A DNA stretch of 64,000 bases from assembly GCA_964035545.1 (NCBI GenBank), contig OZ037771.1, positions 13,019,133 through 13,083,132 on the forward strand. The letters run 5' to 3'. Numbering within the stretch: position 1 is the stretch's first letter; the number at the start of each line of letters is the position of its first letter. The notes beneath the pieces were generated by a model, which did not search any database, was not told the DNA's origin, and worked only from the letters and a program-made list of their open reading frames with translations. Origin of the DNA: Bugula neritina. Its lineage: Eukaryota; Animalia; Bryozoa. Below, in pieces: positions 1-13,400 of this stretch. Both the position numbers and the translations under genes were made by a program.

Positions 1-3000
1 TTCCGTCTACCTCCGTATCATCTGAGAGTTGTCAAATAGCCAATGAGGAGTGTGCGGCATACTGTAGAGCTCAAGGTACTAGCAGTACATATAAATACAT
101 CTCTATACAGTGTAACTGTAGAGGTCAAGGTACTAGCAGTATATATAAATACATCTCTATACAGTATAACTGTAGAGATCAAGGTATTAGCAGTATATAT
201 AAATACATCTCTATACAGTATAACTGTAGAGCTCATGGTACTAGCAGTATATATAAATACATCTCTATACAGTGTAACTGTAGAGCTCACGGTACTAGCA
301 GTATATATAAATACATCTCTATACAGTATAACTGTAGAGGTCAATGTACTAGCAGTATATATAAATACATCTCTATACAGTATAACTGTAGAGCTCATGG
401 TACTAGCAGTATATATAAATACATCTCTATACAGTATAACTGTAGAGCTCAAGGTACTAGCAGTATTACAGTGTAACTGGTGGGTATTCATATGCAGCAT
501 GGTTTGTGTGTGCCTTACTGCTCAATACTTGATTTTCTATTATAATTAGGGGTACTGCTTGATTCTTAACTTTCTCTACTTTTTAAAATCTGTAAAATCT
601 GTAAAATATTACATACTCATGCTTTTTTTTATATTGCGTCCTTTTCAAAAAGACGTGCACTCGAAATTATTTTTAATTTGCCTGATATATCTTTGTATTT
701 AATACTACAAGTATTAGCTTTAGCAAGATTCTTTATGCGTTTGGTCTCTCCTCCAAATGTTTTCAATTCTTTTATCTAGCCAAGCAGAGAAATTTATCCA
801 AAGATACACAACTACTTTATGGCAATGCTCTGGGTATGTAGACTACAATATTTGACTGGACAACTCTTATCACAAATGAATGTCACTTTTAGAAATTATT
901 CCTTTAATGTTTTACCATATTTATAGCATGTTTTGTATGTCACATTATATTGTTACTAGCCATTATGCTGTTTCATAGAAAATCACGGCTTGTGTAGCAT
1001 CCAACTTTTATAGCATGTCACCTTTCATTTACAGTATGTCACTTGTATAGCATATACTTTCCTGAGCCACCTAAGTAAGTCATATCAGTTTTTATATAAG
1101 GTAAGTCACGTATATAGTAAGTTATACCACATCCTGTGTAGAGTAAGTCACACATAGAGTAAGTCATATCACTTCCTGTATAGAGTAAGCCATGTATATA
1201 TGTATATACCATTTCCTGTATAGCGTAAGTCACATATACATGTATAGTAAGTCACTTTCGTCTGCAACAGGAGACTACATCTGCAACTCGCACCCTTACC
1301 GTCTGGAGCAAAGTGACTCAGCTTCACTCGATGTCTTCTATGACACTCGCACTTGCAGCTCTGACTGGGCAAAGACTAAGAAAGCCGCTACTCTGAACGA
1401 CAACTTCTGCTGCGGTGGCTCCTTCTTATCCCTCTACCACTACACGTGTCCGAGGTGAGGCTGTATTCTGTTATCTTTCAACTTAGGTTCGGACATACAA
1501 GATGAAACTGACACGAATGAATATCACAGTGTTCCCATTACTTTGAATAGGTCTGTACGGATGCTCTAACAAATGGATTTTCATTAACTTATGGTTATGT
1601 CTGTTCCCAAACATCGAATAAAAAATCCATTCACATAATATGAAGTATGGGGACACAGTTTATACAACTCAACTAAGAACAGCTATTGGAAATTCATCAA
1701 AAAACTATTTGAACAAAAACAATTATGCATGACTAGGCTTTTGATAATTAGAGTTTGAGCAATACTCAATTGCTGCATGAGACAATTAAAAATAATGAAA
1801 TAAAATAGTTTAAATTGGTTGTGGTCCAAATAGTGCTGGTTTAATAAAACATTTAGCCCAATGAAAAACACTTTTAAGCGATTTTTCTTCTTATGCTTTG
1901 CTATAGAACACAAGCCAAGTTTAATTGCTATGAAAGACCAACATATAGCTAAATATTGCACAAATATTGAGTCACTACTCCTCAACTAGTGTTTATACCT
2001 TTACAGTTAATTATGTAATTAAAAAAACAGCTGCATGAAAGGAGATAACTCCTAGTTAAATTCTATGCCTATTCTGTGTACAAATCAATCCTTAGTTTGC
2101 CATGTGTCCTTTCAGCAACAAGACAACACAAGCTCCACCTACTTCAGTAACTCCACCTACTCCAGTAACTCCACCTACTTCAGAACCCACCTTTCAGCAA
2201 ACAGATAGGTATAGAATCTAACAGTACAGTATATAATCACATATCATAATGACTATTGTAACTTACATTACTATTATATTACCTAACTAACATATCTGAA
2301 TTATATAACTTAAGATAAAATTCAGATAATATTATAATCATAGTGATTATTGTAACTAATATATCAGTATATTATAGATATATAGTATTATTTGAATATA
2401 ATTTATGATAGTTTAATAATGAATACAGTAGTGCATGTAATGTATATAATGCACAATAATAATATATGGCATGTACTGATAGGCGACATAGTGCATTCTT
2501 ATTACATGTGGGAGTTATAATTGGGACCATTTATATTATTGTAACAACTAAATGTAGAATAACCAATATACACTTGGGTAGAAATGAGCTGACAAATCCA
2601 ACAACAATGTGTTCAATTTAACTTTATTTATCACCAGAACAATATTATCATAGTATAAAGCTAATTGAATTAGGTATGGTAGGTTAGCAGCTGTGTTGTC
2701 CTCCTGTAGCTGTATACTGTATCTCTATAACAAATGATGATGAACTTGTAGATGTCAGTGTAACCTAACGATCTCTTCACTGTCAGCTGGGTATGAAGGA
2801 TCATGGCCGCTGTACAAGCTGTTTCGCGAGGACACATCTGCGCCGATTGACTATTCAATTAGTTACGACTCCAACATCACTGACTGCGGCCTGGCCATGC
2901 AAGAATGTCATAAAGTCTGTTCTACTCAAAGTAAGTGCATGTCCTGACTTGTATGTTCCATATACTCTTAGCAATGAGTATCCGATTATCCAGGAAGACT

Positions 3001-3987
3001 TTTGCATCTTTGGCTTCTGAAATACTTGAAGTGTGCCAAGTGTAGGTTTATGACCTAAGTTACTTTACCGAAATAATTTCTATTGTCATAAGTGATGGGA
3101 ATTTCTTGCCTTAATGTGTTTCATGCAACTGATGGTTGTGCATATTACACGAAGAACTTGACTTGAAGGTTTACCAATAAGATAAAGTAATTTGTTCAGG
3201 TATCTTAACTGGTCAAATAATGAATGGGTAGATTTTTATCGGGACTTTATTGGGCAACTCGAATAATTCAAGAAATGGACTTGCAGACATTAATTAGCAA
3301 TTTTTGATGTCAAACACAATTATTGAACGAACAATCTTTTTTTAATTCAATATATGGTTATTTAATATAATTGTACAAATTCCACTTCATTAGTGTCATG
3401 CAGTTTTTTTAAAGTATGTCATCTTTGAGTTTCTGATTTTAGACTCCAATTACTTTGCACAAGGACTGAGTACGCAGCTATCTTTCTACAGAAGTGCCAG
3501 TCATGCTAACTCTGGCACTTCACCGTATACTGTCTCTCTGGGTGAGTAACTGTAACATACTAGGCTGTCTGAGATAATATGGGATAGTCTGAGAAAAGTA
3601 TTGGTAATAATATCAGCATATAAATAACATATTTCATAAATAGTTCTGTCCCACTCAACCAGATCACAGAAGAGAGTGATATATGTGATAGGCAACAACG
3701 CTTTTGAGAGGAATGTTGGCCTCACTGTGAATAAACAAGGTCAAACTGTCTTCGTTGCAGACAACTTCGTGTGTGACCAGATGAAAAAAGAGGTGTCCGT
3801 CCCAATCAAGGTGAAGGTCACAGAAAAGGTGACTCAGTGTCCAGTTGAAACGACAGCGACTGTCCAAGGAAGCAATGACCTTTGTTGCAGAAATGATATC
3901 GGGTTATCACTATGGATACCGGATAACTACCGGTTCACACCCTCACAGTGTAACGCCAATTCCATCTGGAGCAATATTTTTGGTTAA
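1..3987 (+). CDS. Uncharacterised cysteine-rich protein with two tandem homologous domains and a Pro/Thr linker (5' end outside window)
   Basis: Phase-compatible GT-AG exons <1-75, 780-833, 1271-1454, 2116-2208, 2752-2930, 3443-3541, 3761-3987 (TAA). Translation includes ...SESCQIANEECAAYCRAQ-AKQRNLSKDTQLLYGNAL-GDYICNSH...NDNFCCGG...TCP, a PPTSVTPPTPVTPPT linker, then RCQCNL...TDCGLAMQECHKVCSTQ...LDNFVCDQ...NDLCCRND...QC. AATAAA follows the stop. Confidence 0.8.
61..466 (+). repeat. 54-bp minisatellite (~7.5 copies) spanning the exon end and 5' splice site
   Basis: Unit ACTGTAGAGCTCAAG|GTACTAGCAGTATATATAAATACATCTCTATACAGTATA starts at 61, 115, 169, 223, 277, 331, 385 and 439. Confidence 0.95.
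1072..1255 (+). repeat. Degenerate intronic tandem repeat (GTAAGTCA-containing) just upstream of the acceptor at 1270
   Basis: Recurrent TAGAGTAAGTCACATAT-like words. Confidence 0.6.
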
Positions 3988-4420
3988 GATGCACATTTTT
4001 GATATAAAATGGACAGGTAGATGTTATCAAAAATAAATTTTATTCTTACATCGTAAAAACTTGTTTAAAATTACAGCGAAAAGAAGAAAAATAAAGTGAC
4101 TGTAAGTCCATCATTTTGCAAGTGTCTTGGTAAAAAGTAATGTTATGATTTAATATTTGAGTTAAAATGCATAGAGTGTTACATGTGTTTCCAGGTGGGT
4201 AAACATTTTATCATGTTAGAAATAAAAGCCATTTACCAACAACAAATTAATTCCCTAAAGAGAAACTAAAGAATACTAGGAAATGAATACATGCAGTGAG
4301 TCTTGTATGTAGACAATAAGACCATGGACTACTGCACCTACAGGCGGGACGCGTCAGTTACGCCCCAAACTGGCCATAAGTTACTGTTGAGTAAAGAAAT
4401 TACATAAATGACCTAATTTT

Positions 4421-7400
4421 TCAGTTGGCATAGTTGCCTGCTGACCTAGTTTCCTCAATCAGAGAGTCAGCGAGACTTTCTATGGTAGGTTTAACCCCAG
4501 TCAGCGCTTCTACCATCTCCAGTGGGGGCTTCTCTCCCCCGTGACACAGCACCTCCTTCATGTATCGCTCTCCGTTACTCCTACAACAGCACGAGATGAA
4601 CTGACAATGTAGTACTGTTCAGCACTGAACATTTTCACACTCATATACATTTAATTAAATTTTTACGTTTCCAAGTTTTCTTCTAGTAAAATAATACACA
4701 AGCCAAAACTGCAAGAGAACATGATATTCATTTTAAATCGTAAAATTTTGAATGTAAGTTGTCTGCAAGTGAATAAGTGGTGGTACACTACAACTTGAGG
4801 AGTTGTCTTTTCTAATTTAATTGTAGCAAAAATTAAACATTTTCAGTCAGCCTGTGCCTAATTTGCAACTAGGAAGATAATATTATGTTTTCTATAAGAA
4901 AGAAGTTGGAGTTGTATTACAACTGAATGAGATTTGACTTAAACTTCAGTTCTAGTGATATTCACCTGCTGAAAGGATCATCTTTAAAGGAATGCTGCCA
5001 TATTTTGGCAGCAATGGCCTTCGACATCAAATATGAAAAATATTTAGCACCATAACCAACCAAATGTCCGAATCGCAGATGCCACGCCTACAACATTACA
5101 TCATGTATATATACTGTTCTCACTAGCCACGCCTACAACATTACATCATGTATATATGCTGTTCTCACTAGCCACGCCTACAACACTACATCATGTATAT
5201 ATGCTGTTCTCACTAGCCACGCCTACAACACTACATCATGTATATATGCTGTTCTCACTAGCCACGCCTACAACAATACATCATGTATATATACTGTTCT
5301 CATTAGCCACGCCTACAACATTACATCATGTATATACTATTCTCACTAGCCACGCCTACAACATTACACCATGTATATATACTACTTCCACTCTTCATTA
5401 CATCTTTCATAAAGATAGCAAAATGAAATTCTTGATTTTTAGCTATTAGTAAACGAACCATGCAATTATCACCAGATAAGCTCAGTAAAAATATAATCAG
5501 CTAGCCTCACTTTCAAGTTGAACTGTTCGAGAGTAAGATGTACATAGAGACTGACGAGCTTTTTGTTGCCTGTGAGATTCTTTGAAAACTTGAGCTATAG
5601 GATTTACTCTGGTTAAAGTTTGTCAAAAAGGAGCTGTGTTCAGCCTAACGAAAAGAGAATACAGAACTCACTGTGTTTGGCACATGAGGCAGTCCGTAGA
5701 ACTCCTTTTGTACGTTAGATAAAATATCAATAGTGGAAGAGCCGAGGGGATGGGAAGAGTGTAGAGCTTGATCTAAGGCCGAGTAGAATACTTGCGTCTG
5801 CATCTCCTGATATATGATTGGTTGATATTTAGTAGGTCAACTAATGCATCTGATTAAAATCTTTGTAAAAATATTCCAACATGGTACTTACATACAATAT
5901 ACTTACATACACATGTACTTACATACACATGTACATACATACACATACAATATACTTGTATACATACATACTTACCATACATACAATAACATACTTACTG
6001 AAGCTAAAAATAGAGATTTTGATTTACGGATTTGATTGGCCATTTCTTCTGGCATTGGCTCCCCAGTTTCATAATGAAAAGTAAATTGTCTGAGGACCTA
6101 CAAGGGGAAGAAAACTCCATCAATATACTTTCTAACCATTCACAATATCAATTAACTCTTTACACTTAGCCTGTATAAGCTTATAGCACAGTTAGTTGAG
6201 TAACCTTGACATATATTCAGTTAGAGAGTGCGAGTGAGAGTCACTAACCCTGTAGTCGGAGGCGAAATATTCCATCAGGTTGGAGGGAACTTCAGCAAAG
6301 TCCGTGGAGCACCTGGTGCCAGTGACATGCTGGTAGCGGGTTCTTCCTGTCATGTAGAATACAGAATAGTGTGAACAGAGCACCTTAAAGCACATGCTAG
6401 ACACTTGACAGCGGATGTATGGCAGGCTGAAAGCTTCTTACACATTTAGTTGAAGTAGATGAAGCGCAGTAGACTTTGTCTGGTGCTCAGGCATTATTAG
6501 ACCTTGCGAATAGTAACTGAACAACATAGTATACGAACTCGTGATAAACTATCATAGAATGCATGGCGTGTCTAAACTCGCTATAAACTAACCTATCATA
6601 AAATGCATGGCATGTCCAAACTTGCTATAAACTAACCTATCATAGAATGCATGGCGTGTCCAAACTCGTGAAACAGGTTCTCGAGTTGCTGTGGAGTGAG
6701 AAGTGTTGGCAGAGAACTGCTTGGGGCAGCAAAGTTCATCATCAGCACGACCTTTGGTATCTGACAGCATAAATAGTAGACATGAAGTTTTCAGTAAGAA
6801 ATGCATGGATAAAGAAATGATTGTGAAATTTAATTTGTAAGATAAAGCAGCTCGTTTCTAAAACATCGATAATTTAACTCCTTGTTAAAAACACTAATAT
6901 TTTTTGTTAAACATTGATTGATATTTGAAAGCGTGGGCAATGAATTTATTTAAACCAAATAAAAATATATCTATACAAAATACGTAAATAAACTAAACAT
7001 TATTTATATACAACCTGATAGATAAAGAAACAGCTAATAATGAAACTGACCGACACAAGCAAATAAAAATAATAAATTGATGGAAAAATTTTGTAAACAA
7101 ATTGCATTGTAACTCAAAACCCATCAAAATAACTTTAGCAAAAATTTTACGCCTTTGACTAAAAAACAAGCTTTCTGTTTCATTTAATATGGAAACTTAA
7201 TTAGGGTTTAATTTTCACTGAAATTTTACACCTTGAAAGAAAAGACAACTCACAATAACTATTGCTAAAACTCATATGGGAGTTGCCTGCCTCACCTGAT
7301 AAGTTCCGTCACTTTTCAGTCGTCCCCCCTGTATTGTGAAGTGACAATCCTGAAGAGGCTTTCCCCGACGCTCATAGAGATCGCAGTAAATATACCCTAT

Positions 7401-10400
7401 GACCTCATTTCCTTCTAGCCATCGCACCTGTCAGAAATCGGATAACTAGGGGAACATTTAACTTGACATTTCATCAAGACTATTCTTTAGACATAACATT
7501 ATTAACAAATGTACAAATTTGGAAATCACGTTCGACATCCCACCTTTGCCATACTCTAGAGATATATATTTTATACTCTCTCATATTTGTCTAAAGGATT
7601 AATACCTGATGGTGAGGCTAAGGACTTATTCATATGTGATACGGAGAAATTATAATTAGATGCTCTTCCTAACGTCACCAATGGGTTTGAGCCGATGACT
7701 TATTTCTTACTAAGTCAGCATTCTAACCATTAAACCATAGTTGATCTATTCTTATACAATAACTACGTTTAGTAGATAAAATAGGTTGATTAGGGTATAA
7801 TGAGATTGTCTTTCAGAGCAGAAAAATCTAATACACACCAATAGACTTTACAAAATTTAGGAGTTTGCAAGGGGAAACCATCTCAACAGTGACTAAATCC
7901 AGTACACAAGATAAGATCATGCCTGGATTCATCAAATATTTAAAACAGATGTAAACAATATTGTAACAAGCTGAGAAAAATGTTACCAAACGAACCTCTA
8001 TTTTATAGACAGAGTCGTGCCAGCACTCCGAGGGTCCAGGGACGACGTTATGTAGAGTTATACCAAACAGTCTTTCAGTGAGTAACTTCAGCCCATCTAG
8101 ACATGCACCTAGAGAGAGGTATTTACAGACTTCTGCCAGACTGGTAGTCACACTAAAACAGTAGTATACATAGTAGTAGTAGCAGTAGTATACATAGTAG
8201 TAGTAACAGTATACATAGTAGTAGTAGTAGCAGTAGTATACATAGTAGTAGTAACAGTATACATAGTAGTAGTAGTAGTAGTAGTATACATAGTAGTAGT
8301 AACAGTATACATAGTAGTATACATAGTAGTAGTAACAGTAGTATACATAGTAGTAGTAGCAGTATTATACATAGTAGTAGTAGTATACAAATAGAAGAGA
8401 AGATAAACTACAAGCACCTGTTACGACGCATCACTGAGGAGAAATAAGTGACATCCCACGGCTGCAGAGCACGTCCGGGAGACTGCGCCTGCTTCAGTGC
8501 CGCCATTTTACTAAAATCTGCATGAGTCATGGGAAGGAGTTGCTGAGACAGCAGACGTAAGAACTTATTGGCATTGTCTGGGCTTTTAGTCATAGTGTTC
8601 TGTAGAGCCCTTTCTAGAAAGATAAGATGCTGAGTTGATCTTAATATGTAGACAGAATATCAATTTAATGAGCTTAACAATAAAAGTAATAATCCTTGAA
8701 CTTTTGAAGGTACTTTCTTCAGCAAATCAAAAGTAATATAACAACAGATATTTCTCACCTTTCTCTGCCATGTCCTGATTGGGTGACGGAATATAACAGT
8801 TATGTTGCGATGTAAATCCAATAACAAAACTAATTCACCCATCATCAGCATAAATCAATATACTATAAAGCTACATGCACGGTTGTGAAATTTAGAAACT
8901 GCAACCCTGCAAATAACACAGCTAAAGATACTGCGGTAGACTAACCAGAGAAACTGTTGAAGCCCACGAGTTTGGACAGCTCATCTCTGGCGGCTAGCAG
9001 CTGGTCTAGAGTCTGACTCTGTAACTGGGTGGGATAGAGGAAGGCTCTGTAGTACGCCTCTCTCTCGTTCTCATCCTGGTGTTCACCTTGTGTACTGTAG
9101 ACAGTCACCTCCCCGGATTTGCCCATTCTATACACCGAGAATCATGTATCATATAAACTCACGCAAGTTTATAATGGATGGAAAGTTTTTCTTTTGTTAA
9201 ATGTGGGCTAAGGACTTATTTATATGTGGCACAGGAGCAATTATGACTGGATGCTCTTCCTAACATTGCAAATGGCCTTTACTGGGGTTCGAAACCATGA
9301 CCTCGTGTTTACTAAGCCAAACGCTCTAACCTCTAGACCACGGCTGCTCAAGGAATAATATACTATATGGTTAGCAGTTTTTCACTCTGCTATACATGCA
9401 TATGGTCCTGTGTTGGTATGTGAACATACTTAAAAGAATGCTACTGTAATAATAGACAACTCCTGATAATAATGACACTTCGAATATTTTTATAAAAATA
9501 TTTGTGATCACATTGTTGCTGGCTGCAAACTGAATACTATTAGCAATTATCCATCAACCATTGAAAACAGACCTTACCAACACATTTTCACAGATGAGAA
9601 ATTTCATCTCGTAGAGTAAATAAATCTAATACCTAGCATGACTGTAAACAATACTCTATTAAACACATATTCATCTAACAAGCTTTAATTGTAATTTGCT
9701 GTTTGCATAAAATGATTGACTTTTATAATAATTTTAGGAACTACACAGAGCTTCCTGTTAGCATGAAGTGGTGCTACATGACAAGCTGAGCTCAACTCAG
9801 CTACTATGTAAATGGAGCTAAGGCTAAATCCTTAAACTTCAGCTATGTTAGAGTTTGATTGAAATAACCACCAATTGGAAGAACAACTTTGCCAGAATTC
9901 ACTTATAAAACAGAGCCAAAACTATAGCTTCCACATAAGTATAAGTAATATGATAGTACATTACAACACAGTCCTAGTATTACATGGGCACAGTGTACAC
10001 AGACATAGTATTACATGGGCACAGTGTACACAGACATAGTATTACATGGGCACAGTGTACACAGACATAGTATTACATGGGCACAGTGTACACAGACATA
10101 GTATTACATGGGTACAGTGTACACAGACATAGTATTACATGGGCACAGTGTACACAGACATAGTATTACATGGGCACAGTGTACACAGTCTTAGTATCAC
10201 ATGGGCACAGTGTACACAGACATAGTATTACATGGGCACAGTGTACACAGACATAGTATTACACGGGCACAGTGTACACAGACATAGTATTACATGGGCA
10301 CAGTGTACACAGTCCTAGTATTGCATGGGCACAGTGTACACAGACATAGTATTACATGGGCACAGTGTACACAGACATAGTATTACATGGGCACAGTGTA

Positions 10401-12405
10401 CACAGACTCGATGTTGAAGTACCACACTGCTGCTTACACATGTTGCAGATGGGAGGGCAGCGACTTCACAGGAACTCTGGAGGGTTCGTGTGTCTTCTGG
10501 AAAAATGAGCTCTCCAGGTACATGATACGCTCACTGATCTCCACAAACTTTCGTCTCTACAAGTAAATTGCGAGTTCTGCTAGATATCATTGATTAAAGC
10601 AGCACATTTATTCCTAGGAAGAATGTAATCCAAGTATTGTGTAGTAATCATTATATAATATATTGTGTAATTATACAATGTATTATATAAATGTGTTATA
10701 TTATATAGTTATATTATACAATCTATTATAAAATACGCTGTCATATATTATATCACACTATAGTATAGCATATATTTGAGTTATATAATATAATGATATA
10801 CACTACCGTATAGTACATAATATATACTATAATATGATATACCCTACTGTATAGTATATAATATATACTATATTATGATATACCCTACTGTATAGTATAT
10901 AATATATACTATATTGTTATGATATACGCTACTGTATAGTACATAATATATACTATATTATGATATACGCTACTGTATAGTATATAATATAGTTATGTTA
11001 TGACATAGGCTACCGTATGCTCATCCAAATGAATGCCGCATTGCTCAAAGTCATCAAGGAGAAGTTGGGCAACTCTCCGATCTGTTTCATCATACGGCTG
11101 GTCACTCAGCTTGTCCCCGTCATTCACCACCGCGTGGAGAGATTTGTATAACTCGACGTTCGTATTCATTCTACAAACCACACGTATAACAGACTATCAC
11201 AGCTTTTGAGGAAGTCTGTAGACCTTAGCTAAAATAAATATACAGATATAAAACATTGGAAAATCACAACATTTCACTAATTTAGCCAAGAGTAAAATTA
11301 ATGTGGTAAAATCTAGGAGTTGTGTACTCTTGACAGGGACAATGGTGTATAAGTCAGCTATTATTAATTTAACGTAGCTATATAGTAGACATATGGTATT
11401 ATATAAATCTATATACTAGACATATAGTAGCATATAAATCTATATACTAGACATATGGTAGTATATCAAGCTATATATACTAAACATATGGTAGTATATA
11501 AAGCTATATACTAGACATATGATAGTTTATCAAGCTATATATACTAGACATATGATAGTATATAAAGCTATATATACTAGACATATGATAGTATATCTAG
11601 CTACATATCCTAGACATATGATAGTATAACATGTATACAGGAGTTACGCACTGCTGAACTATGCTGCTGACAGACATACAAGCGTCTTCTGCTGCCGTCC
11701 TGTACTGCGAATCGGGATGACCGATCCTGACAAAGTCAGCCATGTCTGCTACTCTACAGAGCTCATCTGACAGCTCATCAAACACCTGAATACACGTGTC
11801 ACAATGTACTCGCAGGTGTACATTCATCTTGACATGCAACATTTACATTTCAATATGTACCTGAAATTGTCAATTTATACAGAGTTGAGGAAAGTTTAAA
11901 TGATTCCATAAAAGAGCTATTTTTAGTTTTATTTTTTACAGACTTGGGATAAAAACCTTCAAATCATTCAAAAAATTGCTTCATAAGTATAGTTAATGAA
12001 TTAGCAGCTTATATTTAGACCAGACTTAATTCAAACCTGCACAAGTTTTCTTGTCCTCGACGGACTTGTAGCTTCGTCGACCAGCCTTTGTGCATTTCTA
12101 GTCACATCTTTCTTCAGTGTTGAAAACCCATTGTGACTCTGCAGCTCATGAATTTCAAATAAGCCCTTCAAAAGCAGTGGGCAATAAAAACTTTATGTCT
12201 AATAATTCAGCCTTTACTTACAGATCAAATGTTGATATCAATTCACAATACATACTTGACTTTCTCTGTGCTTTTTAAAATCCTTCAGAGAAAATGCGGC
12301 TTGAGTGGGCACCTTATTAAACTCTGATGCAAATGTTGAAACAGATCTGACTCTTCTTACGAGATACTTTTGAATAACAATAGAGTGTTTGCGTAATAAA
12401 TTCAT
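4421..12405 (-). CDS. MIPEP: Mitochondrial intermediate peptidase (M3A metallopeptidase), ~15 coding exons
   Basis: ATG at 12405 with a basic presequence ([22 protein letters not shown]). Hallmark segments: [94 protein letters not shown] (HEXXH plus third ligand) and [23 protein letters not shown] at 4421-4423; junction phases consistent. Confidence 0.96.
5081..5383 (-). repeat. 45-bp minisatellite (7 copies) containing a MIPEP 3' splice site plus the first exon bases
   Basis: GCCACGCCTACAAC at 5081, 5126, 5171, 5216, 5261, 5306 and 5349; reads gttgtag|GCGTGGC on the coding strand. Confidence 0.95.
6536..6668 (-). repeat. 44-bp tandem triplication of the MIPEP HEXXH exon end and donor
   Basis: CTATCATAGAATGCATGGCGTGTC(C/T)AAACT-like units at 6549, 6593 and 6637. 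Confidence 0.93.
7600..7746 (-). mobile_element. tRNA-derived SINE, degenerate copy
   Basis: Shares GGCTAAGGACTTATTCATATGTGA...GATGCTCTTCCTAAC.TCACCAATGG with five other copies in the window. Confidence 0.8.
8160..8388. repeat. (TAG)n/AGTATACAT compound microsatellite filling most of a MIPEP intron
   Basis: Direct inspection; produces the spurious TTTMY ORF. Confidence 0.95.
9155..9349 (-). mobile_element. tRNA-derived SINE copy
   Basis: Minus strand reads GAGCAGCCGTGGTCTAGAGGTTAGAGC (A box) ... GGTTTCGAACCCC (B box-like), followed by the shared core and tail. Confidence 0.88.
9966..10408. repeat. 31-bp minisatellite (~14 copies) in a MIPEP intron
   Basis: Unit CACAGACATAGTATTACATGGGCACAGTGTA; ends ~30 nt from the donor at ~10437. 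Confidence 0.95.
10790..10992. repeat. ~41-bp AT-rich minisatellite next to a MIPEP donor
   Basis: Unit approx. TATATTATGATATAC(C/G)CTACTGTATAGTATATAATATATAC. Confidence 0.85.
11378..11636. repeat. ~31-bp minisatellite next to a MIPEP donor
   Basis: Unit approx. CTATATACTAGACATATG(G/A)TAGTATATAAAG. Confidence 0.85.
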
Positions 12406-12829
12406 GGCTTAGTGTAGAACTAGCTCTTGGCGAGACCTAGAATGTCGATAACAGTTAAGGTGAATTATCAATAATTCATTCAATATAAATATGATTATTG
12501 ATGATCATAATGATAATCATAATTATCATCAATGTCAAATGCAATAACTTAATACATAATGAGTTGATAGGTACTAGTAGTACTAGTAGTACTAGTAGTA
12601 CTAGTAGAGTAGTAGTACTAGTATTAGTATAACTATGACTATAACTATAAGTATAACTATTAGTATTAACTTATATAAGTATTATTATAAAATTCAGAAT
12701 CACTGAATGATAATCACTATGACTATCACTATCATCTATTAAGTCATAAGATTAAGTGACTTATCAATATCAGAATGAGAATCAGAATGAGAATGAGAAT
12801 GCCGAAGGCGAATGGAATGGTAAAGTTAT

Positions 12830-13400
12830 AAACATACTGCTTATTGCATTAAAACATTTCCAACTAATAACATCTCCACTAAAAATAACTTAGCAAACTA
12901 TTCAAAGAAAAATTAAACTAATAAAGCTCTGGAAACTCAAACAGTAAATTCATGTTATATAAATGCGTCGTCCACCACTAGGACCTGATTACAGAATTAG
13001 AAGGCTTGTGAGCGGAAGCGACAAAGAATAACGAATACTTGATGCGGTGCATTTTTCTCAATTTATAATTTGGATAGTATATAAAAAACCCATCGTTATT
13101 GGAAAGAAAATTAGGTTGCGTGCTATACTAAACAAGCTCTTAGGCTAATATATTTCATATGCACATGTGAGACTCTTTAATTCCGTTCGACTGACTTGAA
13201 CTATAATTTTCATCTTGTTTTGCTATCTATGTGACTAATTTTAAACTCTTAAAACTAGGGTTTTGACGTATTGCAATAATTTTGCATTATGACATTTTAG
13301 TCTGTGTAATTTAAATAAGTAAAAACCAATAACTGAGAACAGAAGAAAAGTCAAAGCGTCGTTTCAGTTTGCTCCTTGAGTTTGACATTCTCATTCAAAG
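12830..13400. promoter_or_regulatory. Putative bidirectional promoter core for MIPEP and the DIABLO-like gene
   Basis: Divergent ATGs 1575 bp apart; local CpG enrichment at ~12960-13130 including AGCGGAAGCG (ETS-like); flanked by periodic tracts. Confidence 0.55.

Noticed and set aside
2108-2208. CCTTTCAGCAA repeated at both ends of the PT-linker exon as an alternative acceptor
   Set aside because: The 82-nt offset is out of frame and would leave an 11-nt exon.
9966-10408. Regular ~31-bp repeats resembling a CRISPR array (also 36395-36712)
   Set aside because: Head-to-tail units with no unique spacers, no cas genes and a eukaryotic context.
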